Shown here in pieces: positions 11,560-23,131 of a DNA stretch of 64,000 nt. This DNA is from Hyaloraphidium curvatum SAG 235-1 (Eukaryota; Fungi; Monoblepharomycota), in the NCBI GenBank assembly GCA_025558095.1, contig JAIVFI010000033.1, positions 434,001 through 498,000 on the forward strand, written 5' to 3'. The notes beneath the pieces were generated by a model that was not told where the DNA came from, made no database searches, and saw only the letters and a program-made list of their open reading frames with translations. Within the stretch, counting starts at the first letter, position 1; every line of letters begins with the position of its first letter. The position numbers were made by a program, and so were the translations under genes.

Positions 11560-12884
11560 ATGCGGCCGCGCCCCGCCGGGATCCTCGGGACGCTCGCCCT
11601 CGCCGAGCTGGTGAGGCGGCCCGCCGCGCCTACCCGAGCTACGTAAAGACGATAACGGACATCGGTGCCTACCTGTTCCTCGCGAGAGGCTACCAGACCT
11701 TCGAACAGTCGACGTATCCCTCAACGGTTACGGCGGGGAACACCTTGACCATCGGGGACATCATGGTCGAGAACGTCGGGACCCAAACCGTCGGTTCAAT
11801 CGAGCTCGACTGGTATCTCTCGAGGGACCTGCAGATGGGCAACTCCGACTACTTCCTCGGGACGACGGTGATTTCCGGCCTGACCAGGTTCCAATACTTC
11901 ACCCCCTTCACCGTGAACGTGCGCGTGCCTGCGACGGTCCCGGCGGGCAACTACTATCTCGTCATTGCCCACGTCGACGGGCCCGTCGTGCCCTTCCAGC
12001 CCGTGGGGACCTTTCCGGCGGACAACAACTTTGCTTGGACGCAGCGCAAGATCACCGTGTTTGCCGCGCCGCCGGGAAACCCCTGCCTGACAAACAACGG
12101 GGGCTGCCACTCGGCGGCGACGTGCACCAACAACAATGGCGTGGCCAGCTGCACCTGTCCAAGCGGGTGGAGCGGCAACGGGTTCTCGTGCACGCCGCCG
12201 CCTCCGAACCCGTGCCTGACCAACAACGGAGGCTGCCACTCGTCGGGAACGTGCATCAACAACAACGGCGTGGCCAGCTGCACCTGTCCCAGCGGGTGGA
12301 GCGGCAACGGGTTCTCCTGCACGCCCCCGCCGTCGAACCCCTGCGCGACAAACAACGGCGGCTGCGACGCGTCGGCGACGTGCATCAACAACAACGGCGT
12401 GGCCGGGTGCACCTGCCCCGCCGGATGGGAAGGCAACGGGCTGTGGTGCTCGCCACCTTCGGAGGACCCCTGCGCGGACAACAACGGCGGATGCCACGCG
12501 CAGGCCACGTGCACCGATAACGACGGCGAGGCCTGGTGCACCTGCAAGAGCGGGTGGACCGGCGACGGGTGGTCCTGCCAGCGGGTCAAGGCCAACGTCC
12601 GCATCCGCGTCACGGCGGCGTCGGTCCGCCGCGGCTCGCGGGTCACCCTCCGGGCCACCGTGACCCGCGCGGACAACGGGCGGGCCGTGTCGGGGCTGCA
12701 GGTCGTGTTCAGGATCGGCCGGACGGACGTCGGCAGGGGCACGACCAACTGGCAGGGCGTGGCGACGTTCAGCTACGCGTCGCCGAGGAACCTCGGGAAG
12801 GGGCGGCAGACCATCACCGTGCGGTACGGCGGCAGCACGACCTTCAACTCCGCGTCGGCGACGGGGACGCTGACCGTCAGCTGA
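11560..12884 (+). CDS. Secreted protein: CARDB-like domain, four EGF-like repeats and bacterial Ig-like domain (5' structure uncertain, possibly internally deleted)
   Basis: VENVGTQ..WYLSRD..DYFLG..VPATVPAGNYYL (CARDB), 4x NPCxxNNGGCxxxATC...CTCxxGWxGxG, and C-terminal VTLRATVTR...GVATF...ITVRYGG...ATGTLTV. A short hydrophobic leader at 11560 joins in frame only through a putative intron 11611-11696. Confidence 0.75.
12077..12580 (+). repeat. Tandem ~129-bp coding repeat (EGF-like units, 4 copies)
   Basis: Near-identical units AACCCCTGC...AACAACGG.GGCTGC...TGCACCTG...GGGTGG. Confidence 0.9.
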
Positions 12885-13302
12885 GCACCGGGCGGTGGCA
12901 CTTTGACTTTCGAGTGGGTTACCGCTTGGGCTTGCGCCTTCAAGCCCGGTCACTGACCCTGTGGGCACTCCAGACTAAACAATCAGCTCTATAGAGGGAT
13001 CGCGTTGCTCCTGTGTCGTCGCCGGGGGCAAATGGAGGCACGGATCCCGTCGTCTGCATGCGTCGTCGACATCGACATGCTGTGAGCGGACCGCATTGGA
13101 CCGCTTATTGATAGGAGTTGGACTCGAAGACTTGCATTGCAAATAGATCGCCGTTCCCTCGCTTGATTTGGCCGGCTCGAGCCCGGAACCGTGATGGGCC
13201 GCTGCCGACAGCAGCTCGCCGATCGGGCTGTCGTCACACGTCCAACGTCTCCCACCCCGCCAATCCCCCTCCGACGCGTCAAACCGCGTCTTCCACACCG
13301 CG

Positions 13303-14427
13303 ATGCGCGTAACCGCGGTGGTGGCCCCCTCCCCCGGCGCCACCTTCTCCCTGCGCGAGCTGGACCTCCTCCCCCCTTCGGGGGACGAACTCCTCGTCCG
13401 CGTGCTCGCCAGCGGCGTCTGCGCGACCGATTCACACGCGCGCGACGCGTACTACGGCACGCCGTTCCCATCGGTTTTTGGGCACGAGGGCGTCGGCGTC
13501 GTCGAGTCCGTTGGGGACTGCGTGAAGGGGGTCAGGGTGGGGGACACGGTGGCGATGGTGGCGCCGTCGTGCGGGGGCTGCGGGGAGTGCGGGGCGGGAA
13601 GGGTCGGGACGTGCCAAAATGCGAGGAGGCTGAAGATGGGCGGCAAGCGGAGGGACGGGAGGGCGCCGTTCGCCGATCCGGCGACCGGGGACGCGGTGCA
13701 CGGCGCGTTCTTCCAGCAGTCGTCGTTCGCCACCCGCGCCGTGTGCACGGACCGCAACTTCGCCGTCATCACCTCCCCGATCCCGCCCGAGGTGCTGGCG
13801 GCGCTGCCGTGCGGGGCCAACAGCGGTGCCGGGGCGGTGGCCAACGTGCTCCGCCCCGGCGCGCCGGATTCGCTGGTGGTGTTCGGGTGCGGCCCCGTGG
13901 GGCTGGCGGGGATCATGGCGGCGCGGAGGATGGGCTGCAGGAGGATCGTGGCGGTGGATCCCAGGAGGGAGCGCCTGTCGGCGGCTGCGGACCTCGGTGC
14001 TTCCGACGTGCTGGCCACCGCCGGGGCAGAATCGCCGGAGGACCTCGTGGCGAGGATCCGCGGCGCGCTCCCCGGCGGCGCCTCGCGCTCCCTCGAGGCC
14101 GTCGGCGACCCCTCGGCCCTCCGCGCCGCGGTCGGCTGCCTCGGCGAGGGCGGCACCGCGTGCCTGGTCGGCTCGGCGCGGCCTGGCACCGATGCCCGGC
14201 TGGACATGTCGGTGCTGCAGGGCAGGTCGGTCGTGGGGTGCGTGCAGGGCGGCGGGGTGCCGGCCGAGTTCGTGCGTGAGATGGTTTCGTGGTGGGAGGC
14301 GGGAGAGTTTCCGGTCGACAGGCTGGTGAAGACGTACGCGTTCGAGGAGGTCAACGAGGCGGTGAGGGACGCGGCGGAGGGGCGGGCGATCAAGGCCGTG
14401 CTGCGGATCGGGGAGTACGGTGACTGA
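13303..14427 (+). CDS. Zn-dependent aryl/benzyl-alcohol dehydrogenase (MDR family)
   Basis: Intronless. GVCATD, GHEGVG, structural Zn CGGCGEC...C, FFQQSSFAT, GCGPVG and GEFPVDRLV. Confidence 0.92.
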   Translation: MRVTAVVAPSPGATFSLRELDLLPPSGDELLVRVLASGVCATDSHARDAYYGTPFPSVFGHEGVGVVESVGDCVKGVRVGDTVAMVAPSCGGCGECGAGRVGTCQNARRLKMGGKRRDGRAPFADPATGDAVHGAFFQQSSFATRAVCTDRNFAVITSPIPPEVLAALPCGANSGAGAVANVLRPGAPDSLVVFGCGPVGLAGIMAARRMGCRRIVAVDPRRERLSAAADLGASDVLATAGAESPEDLVARIRGALPGGASRSLEAVGDPSALRAAVGCLGEGGTACLVGSARPGTDARLDMSVLQGRSVVGCVQGGGVPAEFVREMVSWWEAGEFPVDRLVKTYAFEEVNEAVRDAAEGRAIKAVLRIGEYGD

Positions 14428-14742
14428 CGCCGGGCAGGTATGCAGGGCGGCACGCGTCCTGCCCCTCTAGCAAGCACGCGGTGCCATGCGTTTTGTAGGT
14501 AGCCGGCGAGACGCATTCGAGCTCTAGCGGTGCAACAGATCGAGGGGACGGTGCAAGGGACGGCGTGGGGCGGCATTCGCCACGCCCGAGCCTTGCCCCG
14601 TCCTTGGTCGGCCAGCAACGAGCATCCGCATCGGGGACGGGAATCCATCCAGTCCCGCTGGCGGATGCGTTGGGCGGCGTGGTGGGCCGGGCGGCGCAAC
14701 GAGTGACGCCACGCGGTTCTCCCGCCCCCGCCACCGCACACA

Positions 14743-15438
14743 ATGTCGGACGCCCCGCCCCCGTACTCCGCCGCGCCGCCCTTACCGCCGCCCCCCGCGG
14801 CCCGCGCGTCGCCGTACGCCGCGGTGCCGTACCCGCCGCGCCCCCCGCCGGTCCCGGGCGCGCCGCCCGGCACCCAACATGTCTTCGTGGTGCGCCCCGC
14901 GCCGCGCCCGCCGTCGCCCGAGCCGGACTGCTGCGGGTGCGGCGGGCCGCCTCCTCCCTCCTCGCGCACCTACAGCGCGTACGGGAACCCGTACAACGAC
15001 CCCGCGGCGTACTCGGCGCGGTACGGCGCCCCCGGTCCCGACCCGCTGGTCACAGGAATGGTGCTCGGCGCCATGGCAGGCAGTTCGCACCACCACCACC
15101 ACGGGCACCACCACCACGGCGGATACGGGGCAGGCGAGGTGTGGACGAACCCCGTGCCGCCCGGGGGGGATGCCGGAGGGGTGTGGACGAACCCCGATCC
15201 GCCCGGCGGCAGCGGAGGGGGGGTGTGGACCAATCCCGATCCTCCGGGGGACAGCGGAGGGGTGTGGACGAACCCCGACCCGCCGTCGGGGGGAGGGGGT
15301 TGGGATTCGGGGGGAGGGGGAGGGGGCTGGGATTCGGGCGGGGGAGGCGGGGGGTGGGATTCGGGCGGGGGAGGCGGGGGGTGGGATTCGGGGGGTGGGG
15401 GTGGGGGCGACTTCTCGGGAGGTGGAGGGGGGGATTGA
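14743..15438 (+). CDS. Low-complexity Pro/Gly-rich protein with PPxY, His tract, WTNPDPP and GGWDS repeats
   Basis: 231-aa ORF starting MSDAPPPY. 4x VWTNP(D/V)PP and 4x GGGWDS. Confidence 0.75.
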   Translation: MSDAPPPYSAAPPLPPPPAARASPYAAVPYPPRPPPVPGAPPGTQHVFVVRPAPRPPSPEPDCCGCGGPPPPSSRTYSAYGNPYNDPAAYSARYGAPGPDPLVTGMVLGAMAGSSHHHHHGHHHHGGYGAGEVWTNPVPPGGDAGGVWTNPDPPGGSGGGVWTNPDPPGDSGGVWTNPDPPSGGGGWDSGGGGGGWDSGGGGGGWDSGGGGGGWDSGGGGGGDFSGGGGGD

Positions 15439-15609
15439 TGGCAGGGGCGTTTCCTGCCCCCGGCCCACAGGATCCCGGGCGCGGTGCTGGCGGGGAAACC
15501 CAATCGAGGCATAGGGCAGCAATCGATCTCTTCGCCACCATCCACCCTCACTCCGTGTTCTGCCGTCACATCTCCCCTGCCGCCATCCGCAGCGCGGCCC
15601 TGGCCACGC

Positions 15610-16565
15610 TCACCCCCCGCTCGGATACCACCCGGCTCCCTCCATCGCCTTGCGCTGCGCCGCCTCCTCCGCGGGCCCGAACTTCCCGCCCAGCACCTCC
15701 CTCGCGAACGCGGCGCCGATGTCTGGGAATGGCGCCCCGCACGGTATCTCGGGGTGCCACTGCACCGTCATGCACCGGACCCCCCCGCCCGGCCCGCGCA
15801 GGCACGCGGCCTGGTGCTCCGCCAGCGCCGAGGAGCCCAGGTTCTCGAAGCCCGGTGCGAGGCGGAGCACCGCGTCCTGAGCGCGACAGGGGGGATCAGT
15901 CCCCGGGTGTGCGTGCGCGCAACCGTGCTGCAAAGGCCCACTCTGTGCATCTGCTGGCCCTGCAGGACGTCCCCGCGCACCCCCAACGGCGCAAACACCT
16001 CCTTCCCCGCGGGAGACAGCGCCACGTCCGTCAGCAGGCACTCCCACCCCCGCGGATTCTCCTCGACCCTCCCCCCGAGCGCTTGGTGGATGAGCTGGTT
16101 GCGCGGCGCACCGCCGTCAAGCCCCTCCCACCGTCACCCCCGGGCGGCGGCACCCACTGCCCGAAGCACACCCCGACCAGCGCCACGCCCCCCTCGCGAT
16201 GATCGCGGAACCACGCCCTCACCAGCTCCCCCTCCCTCTCCATCCATTCCGTCTCCTCGCCCACCATCCCCGCGCTCCCCGTCAGCAGCACCGCGCCGAA
16301 CCCCGCGAGCTCCTCCCCCGAGGGCAGCTCCCCCGCGAACGCCCTGTACCCTCGCACCTCGATCGTGCAGCCCTCGTCCTCGGCCGCGCGCGCCAGGAGC
16401 GCGGGGAACAGCTGCGCGTCCGGGTGCGGGTGCGGCGGGTGAGCGGCGGCAGGGATGCGGGCGCGGCGCGCGCACCCCGGCAAAGTCCGCCCCGGGGATC
16501 GAGGTGTACTCGGCGGCGGAGTGGTTCTCGTTGTGCAGGACGGCGATGCGGCGCGGGGCGGGCAT
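15610..16565 (-). CDS. Class I glutamine amidotransferase-like protein
   Basis: LLTGS, catalytic GVCFG, QLIHQALGG, GWE and QWHPE triad motif. About three short introns. Confidence 0.85.
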
Positions 16566-16888
16566 TTTCGGGGGGCAGGGGGCGGGGGGGGGGCGGCGGG
16601 CGGAGAAGTCGGCGGAAGCACCAGCCCGCCTCCCACCGCACCGCCGAGCCGCCCGAGATCGGGGTCACCTGGTAAGGCGATCTATTGGCATGCAGGTCCT
16701 GGGATGCGGGTCCAATGCGGTGCGATCCCCAGCAGGTCAACGACGCAGAGAATGACCTCCAAACCGACGACACAGACGACGATGCCTCCAAACGGCTCTT
16801 CGTGCAACCTGGGGTGCCTGTTCGCGGTCAGCTGCTGGTTTGTGCGGGCGAGTCGAAGCCGCAACCCACGCGAAAGTGCTCCCATCGC

Positions 16889-18250
16889 TCAGCTGACGGT
16901 CAGCGTCCCCGTCGCCGACGCCGAGTTGTAGCTCGAGCTGCCCGCGTACCGCACCGTGATGGTCTGCCGCCCCTTCCCGAGCGTCCCGGGCGCCGCGTAG
17001 CCGAACGTGGCGACACCCTGCCCGTTGGTCGCGGCCCTCCCCACGTCGGCGCCGCCGATCCTGAACGCGAGCTGCTGCCCCGCGATCGCGCGCCGGTTGT
17101 CGGCCCTCGTCAGGGTGGCCCTCAACGTTACGCGGGAGCCGCAGTTCACCGAGGCCGCCGAGACCTGGATGCGCGTGTCGGGATTGCGCGTGCAGGTCCG
17201 GCCGTTGCCGGTCCACCCGATCCTGCACGCGCACCGTGCGGCGCCGTTGCTGTTGGTGCAGTTTGCCTGCGCGTGGCAGCCCCCGTTGTTGGTCAGGCAG
17301 GGGTTGGGTGCGCAGCCGGCCGTCGTCGGGCAGTTCGAAGGTCCGGCAGCGCCAAAGAGGGTGCCGGGAGGAGCCGCGGTCCACCGGTTGTCCCCGCAGT
17401 TGGCGGCGAACATCCTGCACAGCGCGGTCGCGGGGTCGTAGCTGATGGTATAGCACGGCCCGGGACCCGCGCAGGTGGCGATGCAGTCGTCGATGGTGGC
17501 GTTGATCTTGGTCCGCCAGGGTGCCGAGCAGCACGTCCGGCCCGATCCGCAGTCGGAGTACGATCCCAGCGGAGGCTGGCAACCCCGACCCCATCCGTCT
17601 CCGGGTGCGGAGGCAGGGCTTCGCGGAGGAGTTTCGGGTCAACCGGTTTGAAGCAAGCCCGCCCGGGGTGCGGCGACCCACCAGGTGCACTCCACTTTCC
17701 CGGCAGGGGTCGAGCACGTTGCGAGGCTGGCGCATCCCCCGTTCTGCACCGTGCACGGATTCGCGGGAGCTGTGTCCGGGTCGGGGTAAATCTGGTATAT
17801 GAAATCCCAGACCCCCTTGGTGAGGACCTTTCCGCCGTTGAAGCCGGCATCGTTTTGGAAGTCGACGGTGCCGACGACGATGGCTGGGACCAGCAGCGGG
17901 TAAGGAGAATCGACCCGTCGCTTGGCAACGGGAACCCACATCTGCTGTCGTTGGTCTGCGCCCAGAACGGCGAACCCGATTGGCCGGGGAAGATGTCGCA
18001 GCTCATCCGGAAGACCTCGACGCTCGAGTCGAAGCTCTGCGTGTCCTCCTCCCCGCGGGCGCCCAACCCGGCTTGCTGCGCACCGAGACCGTTCCGTGCA
18101 CCGGAGTACGTCCGGCGCTATTCTCTTTTTACTTCCCTGAAGGTAGTTTCCCTCCCCAGTCCCAGAGCGCGTTCGGCTGGGCCCTCGGCGAAGTCTACGC
18201 GCTAACCCCGTCGGCATCGCCCTCCCCTCCACCGCTTCGATCTCTTGGAC
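16889..18250 (-). pseudogene. 5'-truncated trypsin-fold (V8/glutamyl-endopeptidase-like) serine protease with EGF, PAN-like, EGF and Ig-like domains
   Basis: CDIFPGQSGSPFW (catalytic Ser motif), NPCTVQNGGC, ATIDDCIATC...CYTISYD...C, NPCLTNNGGC and an Ig-like tail paralogous to 12590-12884. No His/Asp half or start codon found. Confidence 0.65.
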
Positions 18251-18257
18251 CAAACCC

Positions 18258-19136
18258 GTGCCGTCGTGCAGGGGGGGCTACTTCGTCCGCCTGCAAGCCT
18301 CGATCTCGGAGACCGCCTGCACAGTGATCGATGACTCGGAGCCGACCTCCACCTCCACGACCACTTCCTCACCCTCCACCCCCTGCGAGACCTCGGGCAC
18401 TCTACCCTTCACCTCGATCGGCACGACCACCTGGACCCCGCCCGCCTGCGCACCGACCCTGGCGATCGCGTGCGTCGGGGGAGGCGGTGGGGGCGACTAC
18501 GACGGGTCCACCTCGCATTACGGCGGAGGCGGCGCGCTGGCGTACTTCCACGGCGTGCAGCTCGTGCCGCTGCGGATCGTCGTCGGGGCAGGAGGCGCAC
18601 CGGCCTCGAACGGCGGCGGCAGCTCCGTCACGGTTGTGGGTGGGGCCGCGGTGATCGACGTCGGGGGCGGCGCGAGCGCCAGTTCCGGGACGGCGGCGGG
18701 GGGAACGGTCAATGTGCCGTCGAGCTTCGTTCCGGGGACGAGCGGGGGCGGGAACGGGGGCGCCGGGGCTCCGGCTCCCTTGAGCGGCGGCGGGGCAGGA
18801 GGCTACGCCGGCGACGGGGGCACGGGCGGTTTCGCTGCGGGCGACGGGACCCCCGCCGCCGGGTCGGGCGCGGGCGGTGGGGGCGGGGCCAATTGCGGCG
18901 GGGGCGGCAACGGGCTGGGGCCTTCGTCGGATGGGCAGGGCGGCGGAGGTCCCGTTCCGCAGGGCGGGTCCGGAGGAAGCGGTGGCGCGAATGGTGTGAC
19001 CGGCACCGACAGTCCCAGTGGGGGGACGTACGGCGGTGGGGCCGGAGCGGCCGCGTCGAGCTCGGGTCCGGGGTCGAGGGGCGGTCAGGGCGCCTGCAAG
19101 GCGATCTGGGGCGCCGGGGTCGGTTTTCCTCTGTAG
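18258..19136 (+). CDS. Glycine-rich-domain protein (phage/bacterial-type Gly-rich module); no ATG found, possibly 5'-truncated
   Basis: TTWTPP..IACVGGGGGG..GGGGALAY..IVVGAGG..NGGGSS...GGQGACKAIWG pattern, preceded by a Thr/Ser linker. Confidence 0.7.
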   Translation: MPSCRGGYFVRLQASISETACTVIDDSEPTSTSTTTSSPSTPCETSGTLPFTSIGTTTWTPPACAPTLAIACVGGGGGGDYDGSTSHYGGGGALAYFHGVQLVPLRIVVGAGGAPASNGGGSSVTVVGGAAVIDVGGGASASSGTAAGGTVNVPSSFVPGTSGGGNGGAGAPAPLSGGGAGGYAGDGGTGGFAAGDGTPAAGSGAGGGGGANCGGGGNGLGPSSDGQGGGGPVPQGGSGGSGGANGVTGTDSPSGGTYGGGAGAAASSSGPGSRGGQGACKAIWGAGVGFPL

Positions 19137-19593
19137 CAGGCCAAGTGGGGGAGCTCGTTTCTTTTGCGTTGCTTTGGGTCGTTCTTCGGGAAGCATGCTT
19201 GAAGTAGGATCGTTCGGTCGCGACACAGATTGGTTGGCGTGCTGATGGATGTCGAGGATGTGTCGAGCCTCGGAGCATGCCTTGGCCCGCTAGCTGGGGG
19301 ACTGACGGCGGTGGATGGATGGGGATGGAGCGTGCCGGAGCTGGCGGGCTTCGGGCGCGGAGGGGTGTTGGGGACGGCGGGAGCCTCCGTCGCCACGAGG
19401 CCGACGGGGTCCGCCTGCGCGCGTCGTGCTGACGACGCGCCTCTTGCAATCGTCCGCCGCCTACGCTCCCGCTCCCCCGGTGGGCGAGGGCGTCCCATCC
19501 CCAACACCGCTATCCTTCGAGATCCTTTTGGCTTGAGATTCATCCGTCTATTCGGTTCCCTCGAGGCACCAAGCCTCGCTCTTCCGGAGGTAT

Positions 19594-20465
19594 CTACCGG
19601 AACGCGGTCCGTTCGGGCACCCACTCGATCTCCCCCGCCAGTCGCCACGGCGGGTCCCATAGGCCGTCGCTGGTTGGGGCGCCACGCGCGGGCACTTCCT
19701 TCACGGACAAAGAAGATGCTGGAGGGTCCGATAAGTTGCGCGGCCCGGAAGTGCCGAAGCCATGTGGAGTCGGCCGGCGAGGTTGGGGCGTCCGCAGAGG
19801 GCACCGGGGTGCGCGCTGACGCCGCTGCCGACGCGGCGGACGAAGAAGAAGTGTCAAATAAGCTGGAACTCGAGCCACCCAAAGCGTCGGCGCGGGGAGT
19901 TTCGAAGGCTGCAGGGGAGGGTTCTGAGGCCTGCGCCGACGTGGCCGCCCTTCGCCGCTTCCGCTTCGAAGCCAGGTTGGCGCACCGCCGGTACGCGTTT
20001 AAGATCCTCTGGTGGTCGTCTCGCGTCCGCATCTGCAGCGCCGGGTTGAGCTTCAGCAGGGCAAAGAGCTGCGTGTTGAACTCGGTCTGCGGAACAGGCC
20101 CGCCGTGACTCTTCTGCCCGGGCGACCCCCGGCAAATGTCCCACCTCGAAGGTCCACCGGGTCCCTTTGTAGTCTCCGAATTGGCATTCGGCCCCCCTGT
20201 AGTAGGCCCATCGCTTCCTAAACTCGGCATCGAACCCCTGCGCCGCCGCGGCGCCAAAGTCGCAGTCGAGGTCCAGCAGCTCCCCCGCCGACGTCTGGCA
20301 CAGCAGTCTCGGGCGGCCTGCAGCGAGGTAGAGGCAGCTGTCATGGGCCGGGGTCTGCGGCCGGGGCTGTGCGGCCACGGTCGGCGGGGGAGGGAGGGGC
20401 GGCGACGGCGCGGGTGTTCCCGCCGCGATCCGGGGGTCCGCCGGGGGCGGCATCGCGGGGAACAT
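19594..20465 (-). CDS. Uncharacterised fungal domain protein (YKGxRW-E-N-LNP motif; DUF8032-like as recalled), copy A with early TAG
   Basis: LDLDCD...YYRGAEC..YKGTRWTFE|TEFN..LLKLNP..HQRILNAYR. One intron. Paralogue of 23984-24984. Confidence 0.7.
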
Positions 20466-21119
20466 GCCGGCCGACCGGGAGTCGCGGGCCGGCACTCGGT
20501 TCGGCGGCGGGCGTAATCGAAGGATACGTCCGCGCGGCGGGCACGCGCGGCGCCGAAGGGCCGCGAGCACTCCTCGGCTTCGGACGAGTCCGAGTGCGCC
20601 GCAGGGGTTTGGAGCCCGCCTCGTAGGGGATCCGGTCCGAGCAAGGGTGTGAATCAGTTGCGCAAAGGCAGGCGGCTCTGGCCGGTCCGGACCGGTCGGC
20701 CCAGCCTGCATGCGCCGCCGCATGGCGGATCGAGCCTCAAGGCGAACAACGTGCCAATGCCGGCCGAACCCCCGCGACCGCATAGCTCGCGAGCACCGGA
20801 TCTGGACTTCGGTTCAAAAGCCAACGCGACCAATGTCCGTCGATGGCCCGCGGCGCAACGAGGCACCTTTGCGGCCGACCACGGAGCTGGCTGAGGAAAG
20901 GGTCCGGGTGCTGCCTTCGAGCGGTGTGCTCCTGAACAGGACGCCGGCTCGCGATGGCTCGGATCCGATCCCTGCATCGCACCCAAGTTATTCCTGAATC
21001 CCCAAGAGCGGAGGATGGGCAGGTGGAGTGAGCGAAACGTCAGCCCAAGAACCATCGGGACCAGATTCCGCAACGGGCTTCTGAATTCGGGGCTGATCCC
21101 GCTGATCAGCCCGGCGATC

Positions 21120-22810
21120 CTACTTCCCCCCCGATTCGTCCTTCCCCCCGGCCCTCCGCCGCACCAGCAGCGGCAGCTTCCGGCCCTCGGGCACGATCAA
21201 GAACTCCTCCGCCGCGCGGATCTCGCCGCCGGTGCCGGCGAGGCGGAAGTCGTACCGCCGCAGGAAGTGCACCGTGAAGAGGCGGAGCTCCTGCAGCGCA
21301 AAGTTCTGCCCGGCCGCAGGCGCGCCCGTCAGCCAAGGATCCCGCCTCCCGCCTGCGGCGTGCTCACCTTGCCGATGCAGTCCCTCGACCCCGCCGAGAA
21401 GGGCAAAAACGCGTCCCGCCTGCACCTCCTCGGCCCCTCCCCCTTGATCTCCCCCTCTGCCTCGCTCGCCTCGCTCCCCTCGTCGCCGATCCACCTCTCG
21501 GGCCAGAACTCGTCCGCCCTTTCCCACAGCGCCGGGCTGCGGTGCATCGACCACGTGTGCACGATCACCTCGGTGCCCTCGGGGAGCGGGACCTTGCGGC
21601 CGCCGACGTCGAGCTCGTACCCCTCGGGGGGCACCTCCCGCGATGCGCCGCCGCCCCCCGCGGGCAAAAGGCGGAGGGCCTCGTTGATCACCGCGTTCAG
21701 CATGGGCAGGTTGCGCAGCTCGGCATGGGGGATGTGCTTCTCCCCCGCGGACGGCACCCCGGCCACCTCCCTCCGCACGGCGTCGGCGTGCCGCGGGTGC
21801 CGCGCGAGCAGGTACAGCACCCAGGTGAGCGTGGTTCCCGTCGTGTCGGCGCCGGCAAAGTGCACGGTGGTGCACTCGGCGACCACCTCCTCGGTGGTCA
21901 GGCGGATGCCGGACTCGGCGTCGTGCGCGCGGACGAGGTCCTCCAGGAGGTCCCGCGGCGCGGCGGCGGGGTCCTTCTTGGCGAGTGCGCGGCGTTCCTC
22001 GACGATCCGGGAGCCGGTGCCGCGCACGGTGTCGATGGCCTTTGCGACGGGGAGCAGCCGGTAAAAAGTGTAGCTGGCCGGGACGAGGTAGTAGTAGAGC
22101 ACGGCGTCGAATGCCTGGTTGAAGGCGGCGAGGAACGGGTCCTTGGCCGCCGAGCCGACGGTGCCAAAGTCCATACCGAAGGCGGCGCGGCCCATGACGT
22201 CCGAGGCGAAGTTGCACGACTCGCTGCAGGCGTCCACGGCGGCCTCGCCCTTTTCCGCGGCGGCGACGAGCCCGTCGACGTGCGCCTCGAACGCGTCCCA
22301 CACCGCCATCACCTGCGGCTCCCTGCCCGCGATGTGCTTCAGCCCGAACGAGGGGGCCAGCAGGCGCCGCCGCACGCGGTGGTACTCGCGGTCGCGCGCC
22401 GAGAACACGCTCGGCACCATGCTCGGCGGCACGAACATGTCGTACAGCCGCGCCTTGGGCAGGTCCACGGCGTGCAGGATGCGGAAGGCCTCCTTGGGGT
22501 CGATCACCGAGACCACCTTGGGCGCCAACCGCACGACGGGGCCCAGCCGGGCGTGGTCCGCCGCCAGCCGCTCGTGGCCGGTGCCGGCGACCATCGCCCA
22601 GAGGTCGGCAAAGGGCGTCCACGCGCGGCCGGGGATGTGCTTTGTGGGGGCAATGTACGCCGCGTACACGTGGGCCGCAAATGACCGCAAGAGGAGGAAG
22701 AGGGCGTAGGCGAGGGCGACGCCGGCGAGGAGCAGGCACGCCCGGCCGGCTGCGAGGAGAACCGCGGGCAGCGCCCCGGCCGCCGCGAAAAGCACTGCCA
22801 GGAGGCCCAT
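21120..22810 (-). CDS. Cytochrome P450
   Basis: N-terminal TM anchor, AGADTT (I-helix), EALR, PERW and FSAGSRDCIG heme motif. One intron near 21310-21367. Confidence 0.95.
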
Positions 22811-23131
22811 CGTCGGATTCGGGGGGCGGAGGCGGGTTGCCGAGCAGGCCGGGGTCGGCCTTTGTGGGGTGGCGGTGCGCTCCGCCGCAGCTGACGGTCC
22901 CCGGTCGGGTCGGGGCTTGCCTTCAATCGCCGAACCCGATTTCCCGGACTCAGCCCGACGGCTATATCAGAATATTCCAGGCTTCGTTGCTTCCAAAGAA
23001 AGTCAAAGGCCGGATGTCGCCGAAATGTTTCAGTCTGTTTGGTCATTTTCGGGTCCGGTCCGTAACACGGCGTGGACGCAGCTGCCGCCGCCAAATCGAG
23101 ATGTTTTCAATTTCAGCGCCCCGGGGCCTGG

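Noticed and set aside
15136-15410. Regularly spaced repeats resembling a CRISPR array
   Set aside because: In-frame coding repeats with no unique spacers, eukaryotic context and no cas genes.
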